Source of the DNA: Minisyncoccota bacterium
GTDB taxonomy: Bacteria > Patescibacteriota > Minisyncoccia > Moranbacterales > UBA2206
Length of the DNA: 64,000 nucleotides
Assembly (NCBI GenBank): GCA_031291955.1
Contig: JARLIA010000014.1
Location: 666-64,665, forward strand
Reading direction: 5' to 3'
Shown: positions 28,191 through 37,356 of the stretch, one piece after another
How positions within the stretch are numbered: the stretch's first letter is position 1
Layout of the letters: every line of letters starts with the position of its first letter
The notes under the pieces: model-generated
Databases searched by the model: none
Seen by the model: the letters and a program-made list of their open reading frames with translations, nothing else
Told to the model about the DNA's origin: nothing
Position numbers and translations under genes: made by a program

Positions 28191-29171
28191 TTAATTTTTG
28201 AGATATTTAGCGACATTGTCTTGTTGCTCCTGATAAGTCTTAGCGCAATGGATCTGGCGCTTGGAGTCGTGGAGATAATAAAGGCAGTCGGTCTTCTCTG
28301 GGTAAAGAACCGCCTCGATGGCAGCAACACCGGGATTACAGATCGGCGCCGGGGGAAGTCCGGCGTGTTCATAAGTGTTATAGGGCGAATCGATCTTGAT
28401 TATGTCGGCCGCGCTGATCGGTGCCCACCAGCCCGCTCCTGTGTTTCCGCGCGCATACTGCACCGTCGCGTCCACCTGAAGCGGCATCTCCTGCGCCAAG
28501 CGGTTCCACAAAATTCCGGCGATGAGCGGCATGTCATTTGCCCCGGCCGCTTCTCTTTGGATGATTGACGCCAGTTTCAGTCCAGTCGTCCATTTAATAT
28601 TTTGCGCCGCAAATTGTGGCAGGTATGGCACGAACTCAGCATTGAATTGATTTGTCATCCGTTTGGCGATCGCCTGGCCCGATTCGCCGACCGGGATGAG
28701 ATAGGTGTCGGGAAAATAAACGCCTTCGGTGTAATCAGGATCGGTGTCGGTATAAACCGTATCCCATTTCTTGAGTTCGTCCGAATTCCAGCCGAAAGTT
28801 TTTTGGAGGAGTTCTCCGATCTGTTCTTTTCGATATCCTTCCGGGATGACCACCCATTTCATGTCCGGCTGGGAAAGTTTTCCCGCCAACTGCCAAGCCG
28901 TCATATTTTTGGCAATTTTATACCCGCCCGGCTGGATTATTTCACGTTTCAAAAATAATATAAATTTAAAAGCCGTCTCGTTTTTAATAAAACCTTGCGC
29001 TTTCAATTTGACGACCATTTCCGCTTGCGTCGCATTCCGGCTGACGATGAAAGTTTCCAGCTGGCTTCCCGTTCCGGACGCGCCAAAAAACACCCGTCCA
29101 ATTCCGATAACAGCCAGAACGACAACTAAAATAATTCCCGCAATGATTCCAATTTTTGTTCGGCGTTTCAT
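28191..29171 (-). CDS. mltG: Endolytic murein transglycosylase MltG (YceG-like)
   Basis: An N-terminal TM is followed by the YceG signature HAGLPPAPICNPG. Confidence 0.8.
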   Translation of the reverse strand: MKRRTKIGIIAGIILVVVLAVIGIGRVFFGASGTGSQLETFIVSRNATQAEMVVKLKAQGFIKNETAFKFILFLKREIIQPGGYKIAKNMTAWQLAGKLSQPDMKWVVIPEGYRKEQIGELLQKTFGWNSDELKKWDTVYTDTDPDYTEGVYFPDTYLIPVGESGQAIAKRMTNQFNAEFVPYLPQFAAQNIKWTTGLKLASIIQREAAGANDMPLIAGILWNRLAQEMPLQVDATVQYARGNTGAGWWAPISAADIIKIDSPYNTYEHAGLPPAPICNPGVAAIEAVLYPEKTDCLYYLHDSKRQIHCAKTYQEQQDNVAKYLKN

Positions 29172-29214
29172 TTTTTATATTTCAAAAATCCACTGGAACA
29201 ATTATAACAATTGC

Positions 29215-30354
29215 CTAGCCAAGTTTAAAAACCGCGATTTCCGTCCGGCCGCTGGTTTTGACCGGCGGACCCCAGGTGCCGGTTCCCGAGCTGACGTAGA
29301 CCCGCATTTTACCGACCCGCGACAGTCCGCGATCGTGACCATGGAAAATCGCCCAGGTAAGAAGACCCAAAGGAAAGATCTGACCCTGATGAGTGTGGCC
29401 GCAAAAAAGCACATCGATTCCGAGCCGGGAAAATTCTTCAAGATGGATCGGCGAATGGAAAAGCAATATTTGCGGCTGGCGGTTGTCCAAAAGCTTCTCA
29501 AGAATGTTTGTCATGTCTTCCGCCTGGCTCAATTCCGGATATCCCAGTCCGATGATCCGCAATCCGGAAAGCTCAACGGCCCGATCGTCAAGAATCTGGA
29601 TTTTGGTTTTTCCCAAAATGGCAAAAACTTCTTCGAGTCCCAGATAGGTTTCGTGATTGCCGGTGATGAAGTAGACGCCCTGGTCGGCTTTCAAGCTATC
29701 AAGCAGCGGCACAAATGTTTCAAGATTGCCGTCGCCGCCGTCGAAAAGATCGCCAGTGATGAAAATGAGATCCGGCTTTTGCCGATTGGTCATTTTTACG
29801 ACATGTTTCAAAAAAGCGGCGCCATTGCTGAGTCCCAGATGAAGATCGGACAATTGGACGATTTTTTTGTCGCGCCAATCGGGCGGCAATTTTGGAATTT
29901 TCAAATGGTGCCGACGGATCCGCGGATGATAAGCGTTAAACATACCCCAAAGTGTCACCGCCGCCGATAGCAAAACCAAAAAAGTCGTCACTAGCCGCCA
30001 AGAAATCTCCATCCCGACCAGAAAATTCACAACGTATAAAATCCACAAAGCGACAAAAGAAAAAAATAGAGTCGCAAAAAATCCAAGCCATAGACCGGAT
30101 AAGAAATAGCAGACTCGGAGCAAGCGGCCGGCCTGATAAGTGGCCAGCGCATTAACGGGGAAAAAACTGATAGCCAGAATAAAAAAGACCAACCCCAGAA
30201 TTATCCGCGCGGGAACAGTCAAAGCGAAAATTTTTACCAGCGTGAACCAGACCAGAAAATGGGCGGCCAGGATGATGATCAGTCCCGCCACCAGAAAAAG
30301 GACAAACGCAATGGGAAACTTAGTCTGGTCAGTATTTTGCGATTTATCTTCCAA
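29215..30354 (-). CDS. Membrane-anchored calcineurin-like metallophosphoesterase
   Basis: N-terminal TMs are followed by the motifs LSDLHLG, ITGDLFD and GNHE. Confidence 0.7.
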   Translation of the reverse strand: MEDKSQNTDQTKFPIAFVLFLVAGLIIILAAHFLVWFTLVKIFALTVPARIILGLVFFILAISFFPVNALATYQAGRLLRVCYFLSGLWLGFFATLFFSFVALWILYVVNFLVGMEISWRLVTTFLVLLSAAVTLWGMFNAYHPRIRRHHLKIPKLPPDWRDKKIVQLSDLHLGLSNGAAFLKHVVKMTNRQKPDLIFITGDLFDGGDGNLETFVPLLDSLKADQGVYFITGNHETYLGLEEVFAILGKTKIQILDDRAVELSGLRIIGLGYPELSQAEDMTNILEKLLDNRQPQILLFHSPIHLEEFSRLGIDVLFCGHTHQGQIFPLGLLTWAIFHGHDRGLSRVGKMRVYVSSGTGTWGPPVKTSGRTEIAVFKLG

Positions 30355-30526
30355 TTCGTTGGTTTAATCTTATTAATCTATCCGTATTTAAAGTATACCA
30401 GGCCGGCCCGACAAAAACCAGCCACGCGATTTTCTCCCCTTCCAACTTGCCCCATTCCTACCGCCGTTTGGAGCAAAGTATGTTATACTTGAAAGGCAAA
30501 GCATTAATCAAACTAAAATAAAAAAG

Positions 30527-31198
30527 ATGAGTGAAAAAATTTCACCTACCCGAGCGATAGAAGTCGGCTGGGAGGCGATGAAGAAAAAATTCTGGTTCTT
30601 TGTTGGAGTTTTGGTGCTGGTTTTTTTGATTCAAGTCATTCCCACTGCCATTGCCGGTATTTTCAAGCATGTGATAACCCTCTATTTCATGATATTGCTG
30701 GCCTCCCTTATCCTTCAAATCATCGTCCGGATAGGACTCGTGAAAATTTCTTTGGATATTTTTGACAAAGGCGACGGACATATCAACGATTTGTTTTCCC
30801 AAGCACATCTTTTGGGGAAGTTCATCCTTGGCATGATTCTCTATGCGCTCATTGTTATCGGCGGCTTCATTCTGCTCATCGTACCCGGCATCATTTGGTC
30901 GATCAAATATCAATTCTTCGCCTATCTCATCATCGACAAAAATATGGGACCGCTTGAAGCCATCAAAAAAAGCGGCGAGATCACCATGGGAAACAAAGGA
31001 AATTTGTTCGTTCTGGGCATTCTTATTTCTCTCATAAACCTGGTCGGTGTTCTTTGCGCTTTCGTCGGCCTCTTTGCCACCATCCCACTAAGTTTGCTCG
31101 CCATGGTCTATGTCTATCGGAAATTGATGGGCGAAATCCCGACCGCCGCCGAAACACCCGGCTTCGCCATTTCTGCCGCGCCGGAACAAGCGGCCTAA
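30527..31198 (+). CDS. Hypothetical polytopic membrane protein
   Basis: It has 4-5 TMs and no recognisable motif. Confidence 0.45.
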   Translation: MSEKISPTRAIEVGWEAMKKKFWFFVGVLVLVFLIQVIPTAIAGIFKHVITLYFMILLASLILQIIVRIGLVKISLDIFDKGDGHINDLFSQAHLLGKFILGMILYALIVIGGFILLIVPGIIWSIKYQFFAYLIIDKNMGPLEAIKKSGEITMGNKGNLFVLGILISLINLVGVLCAFVGLFATIPLSLLAMVYVYRKLMGEIPTAAETPGFAISAAPEQAA

Positions 31199-31281
31199 AA
31201 AATCTTTTTTTGTATTTTAAAGCAGGATCTCAAGCATCCTGCTTTTCTTTTCTCACTCAGCGTTAATTTCAATCCCTATAA

Positions 31282-31527
31282 TTAATTCCGCCAATGCCGG
31301 TGTTCGACATAGACGATCCGCCACCAGATTCGGCCGACAAAAAACCCGAAAGCGGTTCCGAGTATCATAATCGCGGCCAGAAAACTCGACAAAGACCAAA
31401 AGTCCGCCCTGCTCGTCCGCACCAGTTCCAAATCGATCAGGGCCCAAAGAAGGATAAAAAGGAACAAGCCGAAGATGGCTGAGCAAAAAAGATAGAGCGG
31501 GCGTTTGATTTTGTTTTTCATTTTCAT
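31282..31527 (-). CDS. Small 2-TM hypothetical protein
   Basis: It is hydrophobic and 81 aa long. Confidence 0.3.
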   Translation of the reverse strand: MKMKNKIKRPLYLFCSAIFGLFLFILLWALIDLELVRTSRADFWSLSSFLAAIMILGTAFGFFVGRIWWRIVYVEHRHWRN

Positions 31528-31543
31528 ATTGTTATTTAATTAT

Positions 31544-31867
31544 TTATTCCACGATCACTGCCGTCCCATAACACAACACTTCCGTCACACCATTCATAAC
31601 ATCGTTGGCGTCATAGCGAACGCAGATGATGGCGTTGGCGCCCGACTCTTCGGCGTGCTTAATCATAAGGTCATAGGCTTCTTCCCGAGCTTTCTCGCAT
31701 AATTCCGTAAAAAGAGAGATGTTTCCGCCAAGGATGGTCTGGAGACTGCCGCCCAAAGAACCGATGATGCTCCTCGACCGGACCGTTATCCCCCGGGCAA
31801 GTCCGAGATTTTGCATTATCCTTTTCCCCGGCACTTCGAGAGCCGTCGTCACGTTTTTATGATCCAT
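31544..31867 (-). CDS. YbjQ/UPF0145-family protein
   Basis: It is 107 aa, and the whole sequence matches the UPF0145 pattern. Confidence 0.7.
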   Translation of the reverse strand: MDHKNVTTALEVPGKRIMQNLGLARGITVRSRSIIGSLGGSLQTILGGNISLFTELCEKAREEAYDLMIKHAEESGANAIICVRYDANDVMNGVTEVLCYGTAVIVE

Positions 31868-31872
31868 AGTTT

Positions 31873-31900
31873 TATGTAAGTAATTAATTGCGTAATTATG
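31873..31900 (-). promoter_or_regulatory. TTACGCAATTAATTACTTACATAAAAC palindromic promoter/operator directly abutting the ybjQ ATG (leaderless)
   Basis: It is a variant of the TTACGTAA-TTAA-TTACGTAA element, and no SD precedes the start. Confidence 0.4.
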
Positions 31901-31915
31901 GTTAGCTTTATTTTT

Positions 31916-32659
31916 TTATAGCACCAGCTGGATCTCCCAATAATCGCCAGAGAGTTTGCTAGTGAAATATTTATAGGGCAGATAAAAATAGCCTTGGTCG
32001 CCCCAGCGCGCGCCCCAAGAGTTTCGGCAAATAACGAGTTGTCTGCTGTCGTCATATCCGACCGCGACCACCGCATGTCCGCCCAAGACTCGCTCACTGG
32101 ATTCCGGCAGGGGCACGATGCCGGTTTTGGCCACCGCGTCAGATTCGAAACTTTCATAAACGCTAAAACCAAAAACCACCGGCCTGCCCGCCAAAGCTTT
32201 TTTCAAAGCCGCGATTTGGGTGTTCACGCGCACATATTTCACCACTTCATATTTCAGCGCATCGGCATAACACTTGGCCGCCGGTTTGATTTTGAATTTC
32301 GAAATGACATACAGCCATTCTTTTTCCGGACAGTCACCCTGATTTTTAACGCTTTTGATCCCGTCCCGGATCGACGCGCCGGCGTCGCTTTGAACCGTGT
32401 TTTCCATCGCCCTTTCATTATAATAGATGAACAGCCGGCTCGGACTGATGAACCGCTCGCCTTGTTTTTTTCTTTCATAGTCCACGGCCGCCGCGATAGC
32501 GTTGGCGGTACAGCTGCCCAAATCGCCTTGATTATAGACCGATGGCATCCCGTCGCGCCAGTCGACCGATTTGGGAATTTTTATTTTTCTCGCGATGAAC
32601 TTGAAGTCCCGTTGGTCCGGCGTATCCGGCTTCCAGCCGTAGCGGTTTTTGTTTTTCAT
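31916..32659 (-). CDS. Papain-like cysteine peptidase (C1 family)
   Basis: The catalytic Cys lies in QGDLGSCTANA, the His in GGHAVVAVGYDD, and the Asn/Trp in NSWGARWG. Confidence 0.7.
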   Translation of the reverse strand: MKNKNRYGWKPDTPDQRDFKFIARKIKIPKSVDWRDGMPSVYNQGDLGSCTANAIAAAVDYERKKQGERFISPSRLFIYYNERAMENTVQSDAGASIRDGIKSVKNQGDCPEKEWLYVISKFKIKPAAKCYADALKYEVVKYVRVNTQIAALKKALAGRPVVFGFSVYESFESDAVAKTGIVPLPESSERVLGGHAVVAVGYDDSRQLVICRNSWGARWGDQGYFYLPYKYFTSKLSGDYWEIQLVL

Positions 32660-32660
32660 A

Positions 32661-32954
32661 TTATTTAATCAAATATAAATAGACCAGATATAGGCAAGCG
32701 CTGTTTTGAATGATGAGTAGAGGAATGCCAAGGAGGAAATACCACTTTTGGGTTTTATGTCGAAAGGCAAACATTCCGGCGAATACGCCTAAGCCTCCGA
32801 AAGCCGTTGCCAGAAAAAATAGCATCCCTTCTGAAATCCTCTCCGCGCCATTTTTTCGTGAACGATTCTTATCCAAAAGTATAACACTAAACGCCAACAA
32901 ATTCATTGCCAGAAAAAAAGTCCCCGCCATCATCACATAATTGCCTAGTTCCAT
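32661..32954 (-). CDS. DUF1294-family small membrane protein
   Basis: The segment RISEGMLFFLATAFGGLGVFAGMFAFRHKTQKWYF is present. Confidence 0.55.
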   Translation of the reverse strand: MELGNYVMMAGTFFLAMNLLAFSVILLDKNRSRKNGAERISEGMLFFLATAFGGLGVFAGMFAFRHKTQKWYFLLGIPLLIIQNSACLYLVYLYLIK

Positions 32955-32956
32955 TT

Positions 32957-32982
32957 TTTATGTACGTAATTAATTACATAAA
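32957..32982 (-). promoter_or_regulatory. TTATGTAATTAATTACGTACATAAAAA element abutting the DUF1294 ATG
   Basis: A palindromic octamer pair precedes a leaderless start. Confidence 0.4.
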
Positions 32983-33058
32983 CAATTATCTTGGAATAAT
33001 CCGGTATTTAAAGATGGGTTCATAACTGTATTTTTTTATAACGGGGTTCAGGGCTGGG

Positions 33059-33084
33059 TACGTAATTAATTACGTAATTCCATT
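33059..33084 (-). promoter_or_regulatory. Third copy, GGAATTACGTAATTAATTACGTACCC, with an adjacent TATAAT
   Basis: It is a perfect TTACGTAA-TTAA-TTACGTA palindrome. Confidence 0.35.
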
Positions 33085-33091
33085 ATACCAT

Positions 33092-33155
33092 CAAAACAAA
33101 AATACCCGAAAAACGGGTATTTTTGTGGAAGGTTGCGCCTTTCGGGCGTCATTTT
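33092..33155. terminator. Tandem terminator hairpins downstream of the RM operon
   Basis: The hairpins are atacccg-aaaaa-cgggtat-tttt and gcgcc-tttc-gggcg. Confidence 0.5.
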
Positions 33156-33246
33156 GGCAAGGCCGTGCAATCCAAATTATTGATTTACAATATTCCCTCA
33201 TGTCAATTAAACTCTACTTACTCGGTCGCATTTTCCAAGGAGACCT

Positions 33247-33429
33247 TTATTTATATTTACGCACCCCTTTGAATTTTTCACCATTGGATTTTTGATCCAT
33301 AAATAAATGAGTGTCTGTATCTATTTTGACCCATCTTTTAATTTTAGGATTAAAAACCTGCTCTCTATTTTTAACTTCCCCTCTTCGCGCGTTATCTCCG
33401 AATGGTTTATTTTTCGCCATATCCATCAC
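33247..33429 (-). CDS. Small basic hypothetical protein (60 aa) overlapping the hsdS 3' end
   Basis: The ORF is present but has no assignable family. Confidence 0.3.
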   Translation of the reverse strand: MMDMAKNKPFGDNARRGEVKNREQVFNPKIKRWVKIDTDTHLFMDQKSNGEKFKGVRKYK

Positions 33430-34831
33430 CCCCTTTCTCTATAAATTCTTCAACCTTTCTTTTTGCTTCCTCTAATAATTCTTTTGATTTTTTCCGCGCT
33501 TCGTATGACTGAATCACAAGTTCAGTGATTTTTTTCTGGATTTCTTTTGGTAGAATTGGAATCAAAACATTTTTGATCTGCTGCGGTTTCCAGTGCGCAA
33601 TAACTGATCCGCCAGCATCACGCTCAGCTTGCATTTGACCAATTTGAGAATTCAAACACAGTGCCAAATATTCTGCCTCAACTTCTTTGCTTTTCAACTT
33701 CAGGCGCAACGTTCCGCCCGACACAATTCCTTGAATATCTTTTTTCAAAACAAAAGCAATTCCCGGGGTTGCATCTTTTGTTAGCAATATTTCACCTTTT
33801 TTTGGTTCAAAATCATCTTTCAATTTTTCATAAAGCTTATCACTTAGATATTTTTGATTGCTTTCCGTGATTCCGAATTTTGTCATGCTACTAACCCGGA
33901 TAAAAATCTTACCTTCTTCTTGATATTCTTCCGCCCCAACTTCAATTCCCTTTTTCATCGAAACTAAATCGCCCAACTTGTGCACATTATGTTTTGCAAC
34001 CCTATCTTCTATTATCTTATATTTCGGCTGAAAATATTCCGCATCGATTCGATGTGCAATTTCGATATCGGAAAGATTTATGATTGATGATAACTTTTCT
34101 ACATTATCAAAACCGTCCAATTCCAATTCTCCCAAAAGTAAGTTTTCGGCTTGTTGATATTGCGTTTTAGCTTTCTCAAATTCATCCAAGCCAGCCAACA
34201 CTATCATTTTTATTTTTTGTTGAGCTTCAAGATTAACTTCGGGAAGAATTATTTTTTCAAGGCTATACAAATTCATGTGTCCTTGAACGCCTCCACTTGA
34301 TCCTCTATCGATCTGAAATTTTCCATATTTTGAATTCAGAAAAGCGGCTAAATATTCTGGCAATAGATTCTCTTTTGGTTTTATCAAAATAATATCCGCG
34401 GAATTTGCAACGGGATGATTCTCTGTAACGACACTAGCATTGCCAATTGACCCACTTCTGGCAAGCAAGACAAACCCCGGATAAACCTGGCTCTTTTTCA
34501 GTTTTTTATGAAATTCTTCGTCAATATAAACAATACCATTTTCAAAATCTGTAACAAATTCATCAACGTTTTGTGTTCTCAAAAGTGGAACTCCATCATC
34601 GCAAAAATGGCTCGCCATAGAAGACACAAAACCAACATCAATCTTTGGCGCCATCTCCTCCAATGTTAGTAACTCAAATTTTTTAAGATTTTTTTCCAAA
34701 TCCAAATATTCCGGCTGATAATATTCAGCATCCATCCGCATCGCGCCTTCGAGTTGAGATTTTTGAATTATGGAAAAATTAGTCATAAAATTTTTGAAAT
34801 ATTCCCCACAAATGAACGTATTAATAGGCAT
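33407..34831 (-). CDS. hsdS: Restriction-modification specificity (S) subunit, HsdS-like with two target-recognition domains
   Basis: The conserved N-terminal block RMDAEYYQPEY and the central repeat RIDAEYFQPKY are present. The true start may be the internal Met (MTNFS...). Confidence 0.8.
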   Translation of the reverse strand: MPINTFICGEYFKNFMTNFSIIQKSQLEGAMRMDAEYYQPEYLDLEKNLKKFELLTLEEMAPKIDVGFVSSMASHFCDDGVPLLRTQNVDEFVTDFENGIVYIDEEFHKKLKKSQVYPGFVLLARSGSIGNASVVTENHPVANSADIILIKPKENLLPEYLAAFLNSKYGKFQIDRGSSGGVQGHMNLYSLEKIILPEVNLEAQQKIKMIVLAGLDEFEKAKTQYQQAENLLLGELELDGFDNVEKLSSIINLSDIEIAHRIDAEYFQPKYKIIEDRVAKHNVHKLGDLVSMKKGIEVGAEEYQEEGKIFIRVSSMTKFGITESNQKYLSDKLYEKLKDDFEPKKGEILLTKDATPGIAFVLKKDIQGIVSGGTLRLKLKSKEVEAEYLALCLNSQIGQMQAERDAGGSVIAHWKPQQIKNVLIPILPKEIQKKITELVIQSYEARKKSKELLEEAKRKVEEFIEKGGDGYGEK

Positions 34832-34950
34832 AATATCAAGCTGTGGATAACTCCTTGCATAATCATACAGCTATGGTATTATGAGCTTGGTACTTGTAAG
34901 GGCTTTGGCCCTCTCACGGTTAAAACGTATAAACCGTAGCAAGTGCCAAA

Positions 34951-35442
34951 TCAATCATCCTCCATATTTCCTGCATGCAGGATTTTTTTATTGTTAAATT
35001 TGTTACCTGAATTTTTTTGATTGTTTTTCCAAAAAGGAATTAGGCTCCAAAAAAATTTATTTCCACCTTCAATTTCTTTAACTATTATTTTTATTCTCGC
35101 ACCATTTATTATAGCAACAAACCCATAATAACTAACTTCAACCATTTTATATTCCCATCTAGAATTAATTTTTTGTTGTTCAAACTTCCTTGTTTCATAA
35201 AATTCTTGTAAGGTATTTGACTTTTCCAATATATGAGGAGCGAGTTTTAACAACTTCAATCTTATATATTGATCACTTTTTATTCGAGCCTTGTTTTTAT
35301 TTTTGAATTTCAAATGTTCCAATCCCTTCGTATTAAAAGAAATCTTTCCACCCAAATAAGGACAATGAATTTGGCCTATTGTTTTGTAATAATTTTCGGC
35401 CTCTTCTTTTACCTTTAAAAATTTTATTTGATCAATCTCCAT
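34951..35442 (-). CDS. Hypothetical 163-aa protein between the RM methyltransferase and the S subunit
   Basis: Its start overlaps the stop of the upstream gene. No motif was recognised. Confidence 0.45.
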   Translation of the reverse strand: MEIDQIKFLKVKEEAENYYKTIGQIHCPYLGGKISFNTKGLEHLKFKNKNKARIKSDQYIRLKLLKLAPHILEKSNTLQEFYETRKFEQQKINSRWEYKMVEVSYYGFVAIINGARIKIIVKEIEGGNKFFWSLIPFWKNNQKNSGNKFNNKKILHAGNMEDD

Positions 35443-37355
35443 TATTTTTTCATAAACTTCAAAAACTCCTCCGCAATTTCGTCTAGATCGTGATCAATAA
35501 TTTTCTTTCCGCCGGCATCATACATAACATTCCCCTCGCTGTCTTTTTTATAGATATAATCCCCTGAATTGTCTTTGCCGCCTTTCTTGGAAACTGCCAT
35601 AAAAATCGGATAATCTTCGGGGATTTTTTCATCCTCATTCCATTTTTGCAAAAACAGAACTGATGTTTTTGTGCCGGTGTGCGGTTTGAAGGTGTTGTCA
35701 TGCAGTCCCACCACTGCCAACAGACGCGCCTTGCTCAAAACAAACCGCCGCACATATTCCATCTGCGTATTGTTCAAAACTCCTTGCGGCAAAACGATTG
35801 CCATCCTTCCGCCGGGCTTGAGAAAATTAAGATCGCGTTCAATGAACAAAACGTCGCGTGAAACTTTGTTTTGATGCTTGGATGTTTTTTCAAAATTTTT
35901 GTCATGTTTAAATCCAAGATCATAACGATTCAAAATCACACCTTTGATCTCTCCAGCAAATGGCGGATTGGTCAGCACGATGTCAAAATTAAAGTCAGTC
36001 ATTTTTTCCTGGTTTCTTCGGTTCTCATCAGAATCCTTGAATGTTCGCAAAAACGGTCGGAATTTCGCATGCGCTTGTTCATTCCAAACTTCACTGTCCA
36101 GCGAGTTAGCATTGGTCACATTTGTTTTACCATCGCCTGCAATGAGCATCATAGCTTTTCCAATTTTCACTGAGCGCGGATCAAAATCAATTCCGTACAA
36201 ATGTTTTTCCGCATAATCTTTTTGCTTTGCTTTGTAATCATCTTCGAAATTTTTCTTGTTTATTTCTTTGTCCCACACATATTGCATAGCATGCAACAAA
36301 AATCCGCAACTGCCCGCAGCAGTATCAATGATGAAATCTTTTGAAGTCGGCGCCAGCATTTTCACCGCCATGTCAATCACATGACGCGGCGTGAAATATT
36401 GGCCTTTTTCGCCTTTAGCATCCAAGTTAATCAGATATTCAAAGGCATCATCGATCACCTGCAGATTAGAACCAAAAAGGCGATATTTTTGCAAAAGAGA
36501 AATTGCCGGCACGATGGCATTTTCCGGAATTTCTATTTCGTCATTCGACTTGAAAACATCACGCCACTGATTTTTGGAATCCTCAAAAAGCCGCTGAATA
36601 TTGTTTAGATTTTCCTTGTTAGAAGCGCCGGCAATCACCCGAAATCTGCGATTTTCATTTCTAGGCGTTTCGATTTCATCATACAGCTTGGCATAAATAA
36701 GTTTGAAAATTTCATCAAACGAATCCACGCCGCTGTTGGCCAAAACAACTTCTTGCAAATCATAAATGAGTTGTTGCAAATTAGGAATTTCATCAAGATC
36801 ACTATATACGATTTTCTTTGAACGTACATCATCAACCGTTTCGTTAAATTTGGGAATTTCCGGCAAGTCCTCAAAAAGATTTGGGTCGGTTCGTAAAATA
36901 TTATTTTGAAGTTTTCCGTCTGTCAAAACGAGAATTGGCGCACCGGTCGCATTGGCGTAGCTTTTCAATTGCCCCAGACCATCTTTCACGTCGGGTTTTT
37001 TCACTTCAACCACAAGATAGGGAGTTTTGCCGTCTTCACGATAAATCACAATGTCCGCACGTTTTTTCCCAATCTCTCGCCCAAATTGCACATCTACTTC
37101 CACATCCATCCGGTCAAGTGGATATTTATAAAAATTTAATAATTTATAAATCATGAGTTGACGAACTATCTCCTCCGGCTTAGCTACTAACTTTTTATTT
37201 CTTTTTAAACATGGCAAATAAAACTTTCCTTCTTTTTCAAAAAGATCCAAGACTTCTTCAATTTTAATTCCCTCAAAAACAGAAAGTCCATATTGCATAT
37301 CCGGATTGCGAAAAATTTTCCCCAAAATTTCACTTGTCTTTTTTTGATCCGCCAT
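35442..37355 (-). CDS. Fused restriction-modification enzyme: N-terminal HsdR-N-like PD-(D/E)xK nuclease domain plus gamma-class N6-adenine DNA methyltransferase (BcgI-A-like / Type IIB-IIG)
   Basis: The N-terminus shows RADIVIY...PYLVVEVKKP...APILVLTDG, matching the HsdR N-terminal fold. The MTase motif DIVLTNPPFAG is present. At 637 aa there is no helicase and no separate hsdR. Confidence 0.7.
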   Translation of the reverse strand: MADQKKTSEILGKIFRNPDMQYGLSVFEGIKIEEVLDLFEKEGKFYLPCLKRNKKLVAKPEEIVRQLMIYKLLNFYKYPLDRMDVEVDVQFGREIGKKRADIVIYREDGKTPYLVVEVKKPDVKDGLGQLKSYANATGAPILVLTDGKLQNNILRTDPNLFEDLPEIPKFNETVDDVRSKKIVYSDLDEIPNLQQLIYDLQEVVLANSGVDSFDEIFKLIYAKLYDEIETPRNENRRFRVIAGASNKENLNNIQRLFEDSKNQWRDVFKSNDEIEIPENAIVPAISLLQKYRLFGSNLQVIDDAFEYLINLDAKGEKGQYFTPRHVIDMAVKMLAPTSKDFIIDTAAGSCGFLLHAMQYVWDKEINKKNFEDDYKAKQKDYAEKHLYGIDFDPRSVKIGKAMMLIAGDGKTNVTNANSLDSEVWNEQAHAKFRPFLRTFKDSDENRRNQEKMTDFNFDIVLTNPPFAGEIKGVILNRYDLGFKHDKNFEKTSKHQNKVSRDVLFIERDLNFLKPGGRMAIVLPQGVLNNTQMEYVRRFVLSKARLLAVVGLHDNTFKPHTGTKTSVLFLQKWNEDEKIPEDYPIFMAVSKKGGKDNSGDYIYKKDSEGNVMYDAGGKKIIDHDLDEIAEEFLKFMKK

Positions 37356-37356
37356 A

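Noticed and set aside
28771-29970. A 399-aa plus-strand ORF. Similar long plus-strand ORFs occur at 22677-23720, 19919-20680, 13745-14497, 13046-13531, 50399-50956, 52041-52247 (an ORF-track exception that lies on the minus strand), 57145-57642 and 60156-61079.
   Set aside because: They lie antisense to well-supported minus-strand genes (a metallophosphoesterase, aspS, GH18, the GT2 fusion, serS, gpmI and others). Their translations are low-complexity and Arg-rich, which is typical of shadow ORFs.
35442-37355. An interpretation of the locus as a decayed Type I system that has lost hsdR.
   Set aside because: The methyltransferase carries its own N-terminal PD-(D/E)xK (HsdR-N-like) domain. A BcgI-like fused enzyme therefore explains the missing R subunit.
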